Origin: the human T2T-CHM13v2.0 reference genome, Homo sapiens | Length of the DNA stretch: 64,000 nucleotides | Direction: 5' to 3' (one strand) | Assembly (NCBI RefSeq): GCF_009914755.1 | Contig: NC_060927.1 | Shown: positions 12,111-25,614 of the stretch, one piece after another | How positions within the stretch are numbered: position 1 is the first letter of the stretch | Layout: each line of letters opens with the position of its first letter | The notes under the pieces: generated by a model | What the model was told of the DNA's origin: nothing | The model's database searches: none | The model's input: only the letters and a program-made list of their open reading frames with translations | Translations under genes and position numbers: made by a program

Positions 12111-13308
12111 TGAAGGGATATAGTGATTCAATCTTGCTCTGAATTTCTCTGGTATCGTATTTTAATCATTTAACTTCATTTTGTTTCACTTTCCCTATCT
12201 GTAAAATATACACACATAAATAGCTAAATAGTCTAATGAAGTAATGTACATAGTACTGTGTGACTCCTTGGGGGCTCTGTCATTTCTAAGAAGCGATATT
12301 CGTCTTCCCAAATTTCTAGGACCCAAGGGTAATTCTTAATTCTTGTGATGGCACTAACTGAGGAACAGTGGAGTTTGAAGAAGGGCGAAGGTCTGTGGTA
12401 TGGGAAATAATGAAGAATGCTGGACTCTTGAGTTTATTCAAGGGCTTCATGTTCTGGTTCATTGTGATAATATATTCTGGATGAAAACTTTCCTTTGCAA
12501 AGTTAAAAAAAAGGGAAGAGTGGATGAGGCAGAAAGAAGGCTGTTCAAAAGAGCAGTCAAGGAAATTGCATTTGACAAGGTGATCTGCTAATGTTAAAGT
12601 GACTCATGTATAATTAGACCAAAGGACATAAAGAAATAGCCTCCAAAGGAAAACTATCGTCCCAAATGACTGCTAGTCCAGATCAGTTTTTGCAGACAAT
12701 ACAGTAAAGACCAGAGAATGTTTGGAGATCAGTGTTTATTCTAGAAACTTTTACATTTCTATTTCTTCTCTTCTTTAGGAATATGGAAAGGGATTATCTT
12801 TAATATATGCCCTTTGAATTATAAATGTAAATGTTTTAATATGACATGTTCTTTTGACAGTTTTCTAGTACTATGTGTTGGAATGGTCAAAGAGGCCATA
12901 ACTCTGACCTAGACCTGAAGTGTAACCTGCATTATTTTAATTAAAAGGCTCAGTTTAACTCTAAAACAAGGCCAGTGCAGGGATTAGATGTAAACTGTCC
13001 TGGCAGGTTTGCATTCCCCCTTGCTGTGTTTCTGGTCCCTGTGATTATTAGACTTGCTTACAAAGTTTCCAACAAATGCACTGTATTTTGGATCTACTAT
13101 GTAGAGAAGCCATCATGTATAGCCTTGTTTATTTGCATTCTTCATACATTTTTAGCCCTAGGTGTTAAGCAAAACTTATAAGAATGTTTAAGAAGGATTC
13201 CATGTACCTTGAAGAAAGAGGCACTTTGGTGTGGAAGAGAGGTGAAAAGTGAAAGAAGCTCCACTTTGTTAGGAGTAGGCTGGTGTTTGAATGTTGAAGT
13301 TTTTGTTC

Positions 13309-13476
13309 TAGTACTACTCAAAGTGTGGCCTCTGAACCAGCAGCATGAGAATCATTTATACTTGTTAGAAATGTACAAACCTATTAAATCAAAATTTCTG
13401 GGAGTGGGCGTAATAATCTGTGTTTTAACAAGACTCCCAGTGATCCTGATGGATGCTAAAATTTGAGAAGCATTGC
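13309..13476 (+). mobile_element. MER5A
   Basis: ctcaaagtgtgg...ccagcagcat...aatctgtgttttaacaag...tttgagaagcattgc. Confidence 0.75.
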
Positions 13477-13642
13477 TTTGTTAGTGGTTTCTGACGTAGT
13501 TACTTCTTACAAATGATGTCTGTGTGTGTTTATGATGGGGAGGGCGCAGATAAAGTATTTTTCCAGGTGGTCAGAACATATATAAGCTTTTCTTGTGATA
13601 ACCTCTTGGATAATTTTCTCAAATGATGCCTTAAGCCTTTTC

Positions 13643-13842
13643 CTGCATTGTCTAATACAGTAGCCACTAGCCACATGTGGCTTTTTCTTATTTAAATTAA
13701 TTAAAATTAAATTGAAATTCAGTTCTTCATTGCACTAGCCACATTTCAAGTGCTCTGTACCCACTTGTGGTTAGTGGCTACCATATTGGACATTGCAGAT
13801 AGGGAGTATGTCCATCATCAGAGAAATCTGTTAGACAGCACT
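13643..13842. mobile_element. MER3 (hAT-Charlie)
   Basis: gtagccactagccacatgtggct...tagccacatttcaagtgctc...gtggctaccatattggaca...gacagcactg. Confidence 0.85.
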
Positions 13843-14749
13843 GTTTTAGCCTGTGAAGACCCCTGTTTGTCAGAAACTTACATTTAGAATGATAGTATGC
13901 TCTTGTTATAACAAGACCTCAACTCATTTAAAACAGAATTGAGTTTTGGGCTTCTCCATCCTGGGGAAACTTTTCAGTCTGTGACTCTATCTTGCTGAAC
14001 TTTTTACCTTGCTCTGGTATCTGTCTGCTACAGAAAGTGCCATGGGTACATCTCTGACATAATCAAATCCGCAGCCTCTGAAACATTTGCCCTTTAATCC
14101 AAGGCTGCTGAGCTGTCTTTTTCCATTTGGTCTCTCTATGCCCTGACCCTTCGTGGTGAGGCTTGTTTGTGCAAGGTGTCTCTTTTGATACTGCCTAGAG
14201 CTTTACAAAGAGTCTGGAAGAGGTGGCAAGAAAATTTTCACCTCCCCTACTTCCAATTTCCAGCTTGGCTCAAAAAAAGTGTTTCATAAGAGGGTATTAA
14301 TACTCAGACTTCACCGCTGAGGAATTATCCCCTGAAGAATTAGTCTCTAAAGCAAGTTTTCCAACAGACATATTACAGCACAGATTTAGTAATTAAGCCC
14401 TTTGGCAACATGGAAGAATTTTCAGTTGATATTATGTATTAATATTACCAATATTAGTTGCTCAGAAATTATAATTAGAACAAATGAAAAGATGTGGAAA
14501 TATAGACACACAATTTTTCAAAGATATAAAGTTTCCTGAGCCCAAGATTCTTGTGCATAGGAGAGGGAATAGGAATAAGGAGTTTGTGGCAATTAGTAGT
14601 ATTGCTGGAGTTGAGGGGAAGGAGGTGGATAGAACCTGGACTTGATCCCTGAATAGTCTTAACCCTGCTGTTTTTCTTTTGATGGATGCATTGCTTGTTC
14701 TCTTCCTGCCTTTCTTTCTTTCTCTCTTTAAAAATAGTTTATTCACTCA

Positions 14750-17060
14750 TTTGTTTATTTGAACAGTTTTAAGTTCAAGCAAAATTGAGAGGAAGATACA
14801 GATTTCCCATATACCTCCTACTCCTCCTACTCCCTATACATGCATGGCCTCCCCCAATGTCAGCATCACCCACCAGAATGGCACATTTGTTAGAACTGAT
14901 GAACCTACATTGACACATCATAATCACCCAAAGTTTATAGTTCACATTAGGGTATATTCTTGGTGTTGTACATTCTTTGGTTTTAGACCAATGTATAATC
15001 ACATGTATCCATCATTATAGTCTATAGGTATTTTCACTGCCCTAAAAATCCTTCATGCTCTGCCTTTTCATATCTCCCACCCCTTTGCCCTTCACTAAAC
15101 CCCAGAAACCACTGATTTTTTTTTTTTTACTATCTCCATAGTTTTGCCTTCTCTAGAATATCATGTAATATGTAGCCTTTTCAGATTGGCTTATTTTACT
15201 CAATAATCAACATGTAAGTTTCCTCTATGTCTTTCATGGTTTGATAGCTCATTTCCTTTTAGCACTGAATAATATTCCATTATCTGGGTATACCACAGTT
15301 TGTCCATTCACCTACTGAAGGACATCTTGGTTGCTTCCATGTTTTGGCAATCATGAATAAAGCTGATATAAAAATCTGTGTGCGAGTTTTTTTTTTTTTT
15401 GTGGACATAAATTTTTAACTCCTTTGGGAACATTCCAAGGACCATGATTGCTGCCTCATATGGTGAGAGTATGTTTTATTTAGTAAGAAACTGCCAAACT
15501 GTCTTTCAAAATGACTAACATTTTGCATTCTCACCAGCAATGAATGAGAGTTCTTGTTGCACCACATCCTTGCAAGCATTTGGTATTGTCAGCGTTTCAG
15601 ATTTTGGCCATTCTAATAAATGTGTAATGATAGCTCAGTGTTGTGTTGTTTTAATTTGCATTTCCCTGATAACAAATGATGTAGAACATCTTTTGATATG
15701 CATACTTGCCATCTGTATGTCTTCTTTGATGAGATATCTGTTAAGGTCTTTGGACTATTTTTTACTCAGGTTGTTTTCTTACTGTCGACTTTTAAGTTTT
15801 TTATAGATTTTGGATAATGGTCCTTTGTCAAATATGTCTTTTGAAAATATTTTTTCCCAATCTGTGGATTGTCTTCTTATTCTCTTGACCTGATGTTTCA
15901 GAGAACAGACATTTTGAATTATAAAGAAGCCCAGCTTATAAGTTCTTTCTTTCATGGATCATGCCTTTTGTGTTGTATCTAAAAAGTCATTGCCATACCC
16001 AAGATCATTTAGGTTTTTTCCTGTGTTATCTTCTATGAGTTTTATAGTTTTGTCCTTTACATTTAGGCCTGTGATCCATTTTGAGTTAATTTTTGTAAAG
16101 AGTGTAAGGTCTGTGTCTAGATTAATATATTTTGCATTGGATGTCCAATTTTACCAGCATCATTTGTTGCTTTGTTGTACTGCCTTTACTCCTTTGGCAA
16201 AGATCAGCTGACTATCTGGATGTAGGTATATTTCTAGGCTCTCTATTCTGTTCTATTGGTCTATAGGTCTGTTATTTTATCAATACCATACTGTCTTGAT
16301 TATGGCACTTTATAGTAGGTCTTGAGGTCAGGTAGTGTCAGTCTTTCAACTCAGTTCTGCTTTAATATTGTGTTGGCTATTCTGCGTGTTTTGCCTCTCC
16401 ATATACACATTAGAACCAATTTGTTGGTAGCCACAAAATAACTTGCTGGGATTTTGATTGGGATTTTGTTGATTCTACAGATCGAATTGAGAAGAACTGA
16501 TATCTTGACAATATTGAGTCTATAATGATCATGGAATATCTATTTAGTCTTTCTTTGAGTTCTTTCACCAGAGTTTTGTAGTTTTCCTCATATAGATCTT
16601 GTACACATTTTGTTAGATTTATACCTAAGTATTTCATTTTTGGAGATACTAATATAAATGGTATTGTGTTTTTTATTTCAAATTTCATTTGTTTATTGCT
16701 GATATGTAGGAAAACAGTTGACCTTTGTATATTATTCTAGTATCCTGCAACCTTGTTATAATTGCTTTACTAGTTCCAGAGGTTTTTTGTTGATTCCTTC
16801 AGATTTTCTACCCAGGTGATCATATTATATCATCTGAACAAAGATACTTTTATTTCTTCCTTCCCAATCTGTATTCCTTTTATTTTAATTTAATTTAATT
16901 TTATTTTATTGTTCTATTGCATTACCCAGGACTTCTAGTACAATGTTTGAAAAAAAAAAAAAAAAGTAGTGACAGTGCACTTCCCTGCTTTGTTCCTGAT
17001 CTCAATAGGAAAACTTCTAGTTTCTAGTTTCTCACCATTTAATATGATGTTAGCTATAGA
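14750..17060 (-). mobile_element. L1MC1-like LINE, 3'UTR plus degraded ORF2 end
   Basis: gatgaacctacattgacacatcataatcacccaaag (L1MC 3'UTR); ORF 16410-16688 KMKYLGINLTKCVQDLYEENYKTL is an L1 ORF2 RT remnant. Confidence 0.9.
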
Positions 17061-17134
17061 TTTTTAAAATGTTCTTTTCCTTTTGGTTTGCCTTTCTTAC
17101 CCATTTTTTTCTGCCCTAAATGTTGGAGGGGGCT

Positions 17135-17322
17135 CAGTTTTCTCAAGGGGGGTGCTATTAGCATTTTGATGGAATGAATCATTGTTATGTAGAATTTTCC
17201 TGTCTGTTATAGGATGTTTGGGCTCTCTGGTCACAAAATGCCCATATTATTCTAACCAAGTCATTGTGTCAATCAAGATGTCCCCCTACATTTCCAAATA
17301 CCCTCTGATTGAGAATCACTGA
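17135..17322. mobile_element. MER20-related hAT-Charlie element
   Basis: cagttttctcaa...taggatgttt...catttccaaatac...gattgagaatcactg inverted termini. Confidence 0.5.
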
Positions 17323-20300
17323 CTGCTAGAAAGAGATGAGTTTGATGGGTTTTCTGTTTGTTTCTTTTTTGATGGGGAGAGGGAGGAGTAATTAGAGTCA
17401 GGGAAGATGCAGGTGCTCTGAGTGTCTGGTTCATTAATTTCTAATATCACCTAATCTTTCCCCGGTGCTGGCAGTGCTGTTGGTAGCCAATATTATTCTA
17501 TTGGGATCAGGAGAATCAGGGTCTCCTACTGCAAGACTTGCTTTCAGAGGCTTGATACCAACCCAGAAACCACAGGGGGTTGTCTGTGCCACAGAGAGTA
17601 GAGGAACTACTGAGGCTCCCACAAGATGCTGCATTTTTATTTTGATTCACTGCAGCTAAATCTCCTACATCTACTTGAAAGTAGACTCTTGTCTACATGA
17701 CAGTGATCTACTGAGGGAAAAATCAATAAGAGAAATTTACAGACAATCCAAGGGAGAAAGGCTTTGCCAGCCATTTACTTTTTTTCTCTGTGATTGCACA
17801 TATTGGCAAAGTAGCCCCTAAATTTGTGAGGTTATGTGTAGACTATTGAGAGGTCTGAGAATTGTTCTACAATTAGCAAAGAAAAGGAGAACACTTTTAG
17901 ACATCTTGCCAAGGGGCCTACATAGCCTATTTTGATTACAAGAGTGGAAACTCAAGTTACTTTAAAAAATGGAAGGCTTAACTAAAGATGCACGAGAAAA
18001 TAAGGAAAACAGAATTTCAGTCATGTGGCAAGTCTGCAAAGAATCTCAGGGGTTTTTAGGATGAGAGAATAGTCTGGCTGGACCTCATGGAGTCAGGACT
18101 TAGGAGCAGGAAGATTGTTCTGATCTTTTGTAACTCCAGGGTGTGTCTGCACTAACAGTGTTGGTCAGTCCATATTCTACTTTTAGATCATTAATGTGGT
18201 TCAGCATTTCCATTTTAGATTCTCTCTTGTTCCTCATGTTCTTGCTTCCATTTATCGTTCCCACAACCTAACCAATGATCTGTGTATAGACCAAACTCCA
18301 AAAGAAGAAAAGGAGTATGATAGGTTTTGTAGTAACTATCATCCTGATGGTTAAACTTTATACCATGCAATTTTAGAGCTGCTGATGCTCTCTCCTGGTC
18401 CAAACAGCTGTGATTTAAGGGTATTTGCTTTAGTAAGGGCTATGGGCCTGGCAATTTCTCTAGAAGAAGGTAATGGTGGGGTAGGCTGAGACCCCACTGG
18501 GGTAGAGCAGTGCTGGGGTAGAACATGAGACCTCAGTCTAGTTTAATTACCCTGAATTCTTAACTCTTGGAATCAATATAAATAGTATTTGTGGGTTATA
18601 TAGACAACAAAGAACTGGAAGATTATTCAGAAAGGATACATGTTTAGTAGCAATTGTGAAAAAGCATGAATCTGTTTTTTTGAGAAGTCTGATTCTATCC
18701 CAGTGCTGAGTGGTAGGGAAATTGCTGGGCTGGATGATTGGGAAATGGGGAATTGTATTTCCCATACAGATATCTTATTTTTTATATCTGTCAAATTTGA
18801 TTCTTATGGCCACCTGTGTGTTGCACAGGAATAATGGCTAGGTGACTTTCTAAATGTTGAAAGACATTTTGACATCTTCGACAAGTGTTGTTCAACAGCT
18901 GGGTTTGTAAGACTCCAGTTGTGATAAAGGAAAATAACTTGGCTTATTACTGTAAAAATAAGTTCCATACAAATGTTGACATTTGGTGGATTACTACCTC
19001 ACATAGTGTGTTTTGTTCACTTTCTCCCTGAACTTGGAGCATTAGTTTCATTTGAGCCAGTGATTGAGTGTGACTTTATAAGGGAATGCATTCTAATACT
19101 GCAGAAGGCTCTGTCTTTATTTATGACTCTGTGTCAGGGTAAGAATGATGGTCCTGGCTCTATTTGGACCTGCACAGCTGTGAGTGGAGTGACCCATGGC
19201 AGCACAAACAGCCCGTCATTTCAATGAATTATTTAAGGCTCTTACACTTCCCTTCAAGTAGCTGGATCATGGTGGCACCACATACAGAGAACAAGTTAGT
19301 GTTTCCTTAGAGAAATGCAGCTTTTGTTGAAAGAGAGTCTGAAGAGAAGAGATTCAGCAGGGCTTCTTCAACTGCTGGTTGAGGAAAGAATGTAGTTTGT
19401 TACTGAAGGGTGATGGAGATTGGGATCAACTTTCTCAACCCAGCTGCTGACTGCTGAGGTGAAAACAGCAGAGATAAAACATTTGCTCCAGTTTCTCTTC
19501 AGACTCTGTGAAGATCCCCATCCCCTGTATTGAATTTTTAAAAATAAAAAGCAAAAAATATAGAATTGTATCTAATTGGTCTTAACATATATCCATGTTT
19601 CTTCTGAACAGGAAGATTTGTATGTAGATAACCACACGTTGCCAGAAGATTAAAATCTTCAATTTTAACTTTAAAGAAGCATTAATCTTACAGTATAAGT
19701 GAAAGATTAACTCAAATTTGTGCATATATAATTTTTCTACAAAAACAAAACAAAATTATGTTTGTTCTCATAGAATCAGGAATTAATTTGAAGCCCTTGT
19801 TGAAGATTCTTTAGCAACAATAAAGACATCTGCTCTCTCCAGGGTATAGAGAGATTCTGAAAGATGGCCAAGAGCCAGGGATCCTGAATCCTTTATTCCC
19901 ATCCTGCCATAGGCTACTCCCCATGAGGTTCCTGCAGGATAAATGTGCACGGGGGGTGGTGGAGGCAGGACTTTGGATGCAGATCCCTGAGGGCCTAGGA
20001 CTGAAACCCCCAGCCCTGAACTGCCCTATTCTTCCTATGAACCACAGAAAGAGGCAGCTCCTCTCAGCCTTTTTCTTTCCATGCCCACTGTTGAATCTTT
20101 GCCTTCACTTTTCAAACAAGCAAAGCTGTGGCTGATGCCATGTCCTCAAACATGACCCATTCCTATCAGCACACCCCTTTAGAGGGCCCATCACAGACAA
20201 GGAAGAAGGCAGACAGGGAGGAATATGCTTCCCTGACTATCAAAAGCTGTTTCTTTTCCACTGGAAAGAACTTACTGGATCACTTCTGAAATTAATTATT

Positions 20301-20734
20301 GTCATTAGAACAGTATTTACCAGGCATTAAATGTTAGACATTATTTAGAGACTCTCAACTTAGAAAATCATATTTTTACTTTGAGAGAGCAAAATCCCAT
20401 ATTAATACAGTCCTGGATTTTAACTTTTGGTTTCCTCTGGTGTTTCTCCACATACCCCTCCATTTTTTCCTTCCATTAACCCTGTTACCTTAAGTTCTTT
20501 AGTCTCTTTGCCTCAATTCTTATATCTTTATTTTATTTCCAGAGTTCTATGGTTCCCACCTGGCTGCAGGACAAGGTGCTTTATAAGTTGGCATAAAGAC
20601 ACAGGCTGATTCCAACTTCTCTTTCTGAATTTCTTTCTACTCTTTCTATGCGCAAACATCTTTTACCCAAACTGGTCCTTGGTCCCGTTCTCTCCTCCCT
20701 GTGTACAGTGCTCCTGTTTCTTTTCAGTGACCGC

Positions 20735-20900
20735 TTGGTAGCATTGATAGACTTTGAGTCCTGTGGCCAGATAGATCTGCATTTCTATCCTGTCCCTATC
20801 ATTTTTTAGAAATGTGACTTTGGGCAGAATATTTCATTTCAGCCTCAATGTTTTTATTTTTAGAATGGGAATCATAACTACCTTATGGGATGCTTATGGG
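20735..20900 (+). mobile_element. MIR
   Basis: ccagatagatctg...tgtgactttgggcag...cagcctcaatgttttt...aatgggaatcataac. Confidence 0.6.
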
Positions 20901-21829
20901 CATGGTACTTAGGGAACTGTCCTGCCCAGGTTCTATTTTCTGCCTTTTCATCCCAACAGTATGCATACGTGCTTGCTGATGAAGTTATTGAACATCAGAA
21001 TTCCAGAGCTGGTCTACATCACAGTTCGTGGTTAGCCATTCTCTACCTGCCACTTTCACACCTTCCCTAACCACATCTTCCTTTGATAGGACCTAATCCT
21101 ATCAGTGAGCATCTAAAGATACATTTTCCTCCTTCTACCTATGATCGTGAAAACTATGTTCATGGACATTCAGAATGTCCTGGTATATCTGCCCATATCA
21201 GAAATTGACAGCAATTTCATGGCCACTGTCTGCAACCTTGAGCACTAATTCATTTTCTCAGCATTTGTTTCCTTTCATGTAAAGTGAGATTTATCGTGAA
21301 CGTCGAATGCTCTGATTGCAAAGAATACCTCTTTAAAACGAAGTTTTCCAACAGCTTTTTATTCTGAGTATCATTTAATAAAGTGCAACATGACATTAAC
21401 AAGGTTGCTTAGACAAGCCCTCGGAGTTTATTTAAGTAGACTCTGCCCCATATTGATTCCCAATTATAACATGTTTAGCATGAATTAAACCTGCCAGTGT
21501 TCTCAGACAATGTGATGCTCTCCCTGCAATTCTGCCCTCGTCTGTCAGCTACAAGAGTGTCAGTGTTTCCTTGTTCATTCTATTTAAAACGTAATTCTCA
21601 ACCTCTTGCTCAAATGATTTAAGCCATATGTGAAGTCTATAAATTTTGTTTTCTCAGACGACCACCTTCTTTCCCTTCTTACTATTTCTTACTCCCTTTT
21701 CTCTATTTTCCTTATTGTCTCATGTACTAAAATAAGACTTTAAATTTTTTTTCTACTCAAAGTAAGAATAACAATGCTTATATTTTTCTAGTTTGATCTA
21801 CTTTTTAGTAATAAATATGGGCTATTAGT

Positions 21830-21888
<59 letters not shown>
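21830..21888. repeat. Compound microsatellite (TG)~7(TA)~22
   Basis: Directly visible. Confidence 0.97.
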
Positions 21889-21891
<3 letters not shown>

Positions 21892-23314
21892 GGTTTTCAT
21901 GGAATTAACTTTGTCTCTTTTTGCCCATGAGTTTATTGGTGAGAAGACACAAGTATAACTGTTGGGGTTCTTCTGCATTCTTTGGTTATTCATGATATTG
22001 CTAACTGAACCTTTACTGGTTGTTTAAATTTTGTGGTCATGTGTGTTTTTACCATAGGCTCTTGAGGGAAATATATAAAAGGCCATGGGAAAATTGGTGG
22101 TATGAAAAAAATCTATCAGTATATTCTTCTCAGATACCCTTTTCGAGAAAAATTAAGATACTTTGAAAAAGATTCATAATCAGAAATATTATCTAGTTTA
22201 ACTTTTTTGAATGGAGAGATTTTATAGGCTGGCAACGGGAGCTTCTGACTTTTCTTCTGCATGAGCACTGATGATGGAGGGAGTGACTGTGTTTGAGTGA
22301 ATTTTAGGTAGAAGAAAGGGAGCCTGGTAACAACAAACTGTGAGACTGGTTGTATTACGTTACTTGTTAATCCTTCTGAAGGAGAGATACCAGGGCCTCT
22401 GCCCTGCATCCTTCCATGCTAGAAATATTCATAGTTGGAGGAAGCAAGAAATGCAGCCCTTGAGCACGTTGGATTTTTTTTTAACTATTGATTTTGAAAA
22501 AAAAATTGTTTTTGTAATTATGAGTACCAGGAAAAAAAAGTAAATGAGAAGAGAGATGTATAGCAGATTAAATATGTGGCTGCCTTTTTGACTTGTGTAA
22601 CATCAGATATCCCACTCCACCTTCATTTTTAAATAAACCTCTCTGTTTCTTGCCCTTTCAGCTAATCAGAACTTTTCTCCTGCTCTCCCCTGTTGTCTCA
22701 GGATTTAGGAAGAGAGCTGATGGGATTGGGCTGGGCCTAGGAAGGATTGACAGCACCTCTAAGGGTTTGCTCCTGAGGAGAGAATAACTTGCCTCTTGCT
22801 CCTCTTCAAGCCTCAGACGGGAGCTCACCCCCAGCCTAGCAGTTAACATTGCTGCTGCAGTCAGGTGTGCTTTCTCTGTCCACCTTTTCTGTCTAGGGTT
22901 CCCTTCCTGTCTTTTGTTTGGCTGTGAGACGTGGTTAAGCCCTTTGGCTACTCCCGTGCCTACAGGCCCTATTGCCCTGGTTGGAAGGGATGGGGTGGGA
23001 ACGCACTTGAGGGGTGAGAGGCCCCCAGAGAGGAGACCAAGAGGTGCCAAGGGCAAAGCCCTGTTTCACAATTCTGTTCCAGGCCTCCATGTTTACCTGG
23101 CTTTGCTTCTTAGGCTGGGGGACTTTGTTACTTATTAGAATTTTTTTTTCCTCAATTACATATTTTGTTTCCCCAATTAGATAAGGAGGCCTCTACAGGC
23201 ATGGATCCTGCCATGTGCTTCTCTTGTATTCTTTGTGTTGCCTGCACTGTGAGAGGCACATAGCAGGAGCTGAGATATGGGGGTTTCATTGCATTAATAA
23301 TGTCTCTTTGTAGT

Positions 23315-23668
23315 TGTGTTAGGGCTCTTACAACAAAGACTGGGTGGCTTATAAACAACAGAAATTTATTTCTCACCGTTCTGGAGACTGGAAGTCTGAG
23401 ATCAGGGTGCCAGCATGGTTAGGTTCTGGTGAGGACTCCCTTCCGGGTTGCAGACTGCCAGCTTCTCATTGTGTCCTCCTCACATAGTGAAAAGACAGCG
23501 GACTGGCTTTCTGGCTTTGGATTACAAGGGCGTTAATCCCATGTGTGAGGGCTCTACCCTCATGACTGAATCGCCTCTCAAAGACGCTACCTCCTAAATG
23601 CTTCACAATGGGGGTTAGGTTTTCAACATATGAATTTTGGGGGAACACAAACATTCAGTCTGTTGCAG
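23315..23668 (-). mobile_element. MLT1A-type solo LTR
   Basis: gactgggtggcttataaacaacagaaatttatttctcac...ctggaagtctgagatcagggtgccagcatgg...gaacacaaacattcagtc. Confidence 0.9.
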
Positions 23669-24449
23669 TAATTTGTCTTATTCATTCCCTTTACCTTCAC
23701 TTACTTACCATTCTTATATATTTTTTTAAACATATATTTAGTAACTACTTGCCTGGTTCTTGCTGGAGTGACTTTTTTTTGGAAGGGTCCAGATTCTGCA
23801 TACCTCCAAAGCAGTCTGCCTAAGATTGATTTGTCCATTTCTGCCTTTATTTGTTGAGTTGAATCTTAAACTTTCTCTTTCTTATAACTCTGTGAAGAAC
23901 CTGCAATCTCAGGAAACATGAGCTCCACTTTCGAATGAAAGGGCTTTACTACTAGGAAATGAGAGAGGCCTAGGTTTTCTTCTTTCAGACCTCGCATAAA
24001 TTGGCTGTGCGGCTGCGGAAGAGTTAGGTCGCCTCTCTGTATAGTGTATTCTCAGATAATGTGAGTTAGGCTCATAATTGGGAAGTTTAGTGTAACTCCT
24101 GTAACTCAGATTATTCTCTCTGTTACTTAGGTTCTCCATTACATACAAAAATCATTGTTTTTGTTAAAGTTGTTCTGTTCCTTTGTTCTAGTTGTTTAAT
24201 GCATTTTTCCCCTGGCCAGATCATTTTTTTTGAGGAGCAAGGACAAGAGCTAATTCTCACATATCCTTGGCTACCCTTTTTCTCCCTGTAGACCAAGCAT
24301 GAGAGTCCATTCAAAGTAGGTGATCCATAAATGTTTTAACCTAATTAGACACAAGCATTTTTAGAATTCAAGAGGAAGAAATTCCCTAAATACGTTAGCA
24401 TTTAAGCACATCGTAGAGGTCATCTGGTTTACCACCTCATTTTTTGATC

Positions 24450-24700
24450 ATCAGTTTATTTGTTCTATTATTCTCTCCTTCCTTTCTTCATCCCTTTTGT
24501 GCCAGGCACTGTGTGAGGAGCAGGGGATATGAGGTGAGGATAGACATAGAACTTCCATCAGGTGGAGAGGATAGACATTAAGCAAGTATTTAAAAGTCTG
24601 AGGAGAGCTTTAAGTACCAAAAGCTACAAAAGCCCATGTTGGGGAGCTGCCTTGTGGTCTGAGAAGGCTGTTATGAGGACGTAATGTTTAAGCTAAGGAT
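24450..24700 (-). mobile_element. L2 3' fragment
   Basis: gtgccaggcactgtgtgaggagcaggggat...gaaggctgttatgaggacgtaatgtttaagct. Confidence 0.5.
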
Positions 24701-24919
24701 TATCAACCCAGAGAAGGGAAGTAGCTTGCCCAAGGTCAGTCAGTAGCTCACACGTAGTAGAGCATGGCCTGTAGCACAGATTTCTCCCCTGCCCTGGGCT
24801 TATCCCTATGAGTTTTGTGGGGGTGCTGAGAAAACTTCATTGTTCAAGTACTTTGATTTTGCATTTCACTGGGGCATATGGCTTAGCTATTCTATGAATA
24901 GCTTACAGTTTGATAATTT

Positions 24920-25023
24920 TATGGACTGTTTGTATACCCCCCAAATTCATGTTTTAATCTAATCTCCAATGTGATAGTATTTCCAGGTGGAGTTTTTGAG
25001 AGCTAATTAGGTCATGAGGATGA
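24920..25023 (+). mobile_element. Truncated MaLR (MLT1A/MST) LTR 5' part
   Basis: tatggactgtttgtatacccc...caaattcatgt...ccaatgtgatagtatt...taattaggtcatgagg. Confidence 0.7.
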
Positions 25024-25094
25024 AAATACCTTCTAGAATTTGTCCACCAATTCAACTTCTAGTATTTGTCCAACTTCTAGTATTTGTCTATGCT

Positions 25095-25550
25095 GTTATC
25101 TTTCTGGAAGGCAGTTTGGCAAGATACATAAAAGTGTAAAATGTGTGTACACCTTGACCCAGCAATTCAGCTTCTAGTATTTGTCTAACTGCATAGCCAT
25201 GAAACGATACATGCACAGAGATACCCACTACATATTTGTGTTTGTACGAAAAAAAACTAGAAATAACCTAAATACCTATTAGTGGGAGACTTGTTAACTA
25301 ATTTATTATTAGGAAACTAAATACTTATACAGGTCAACTGTGGAATACCATATGATTTTTTTAAATGATGTAGTAGTTCTTTATTTGTTTTTAATGGAAG
25401 GATATCCCTGACATGTTATTTAAAACAATTCTGATCACAGACAACATAAATAATATGAGCCTATTTACATAAAATTGTTTGTAAATGTATGGATGTATAT
25501 GAACATGCAAGGCCTGTTCAATAAAATCTTAGCAGTGTTTTTTCCAAGTG
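25095..25550 (+). mobile_element. L1ME 3' region
   Basis: tttctggaaggcagtttggcaa...ttgacccagcaattc...ctagaaataacctaaatacc. Confidence 0.7.
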
Positions 25551-25614
25551 ATTTTTAGTTTTGTTTCGGCATTTTGCTGTGTCATTTGAATGTTTGTACA
25601 ATGGGCATGTCTCC

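Noticed and set aside
12755-12790. Polypyrimidine tract plus AG acceptor-like site
   Set aside because: No convincing donor at exon distance
14775-16688. ORFs with L1 ORF2-like peptide
   Set aside because: Fragmented remnants of a dead L1MC; not a functional CDS
25030-25185. Spaced direct repeats superficially like a CRISPR array
   Set aside because: 15-bp units with irregular 3-82 bp spacing in primate DNA and no cas genes; explained as templated copies of L1ME sequence
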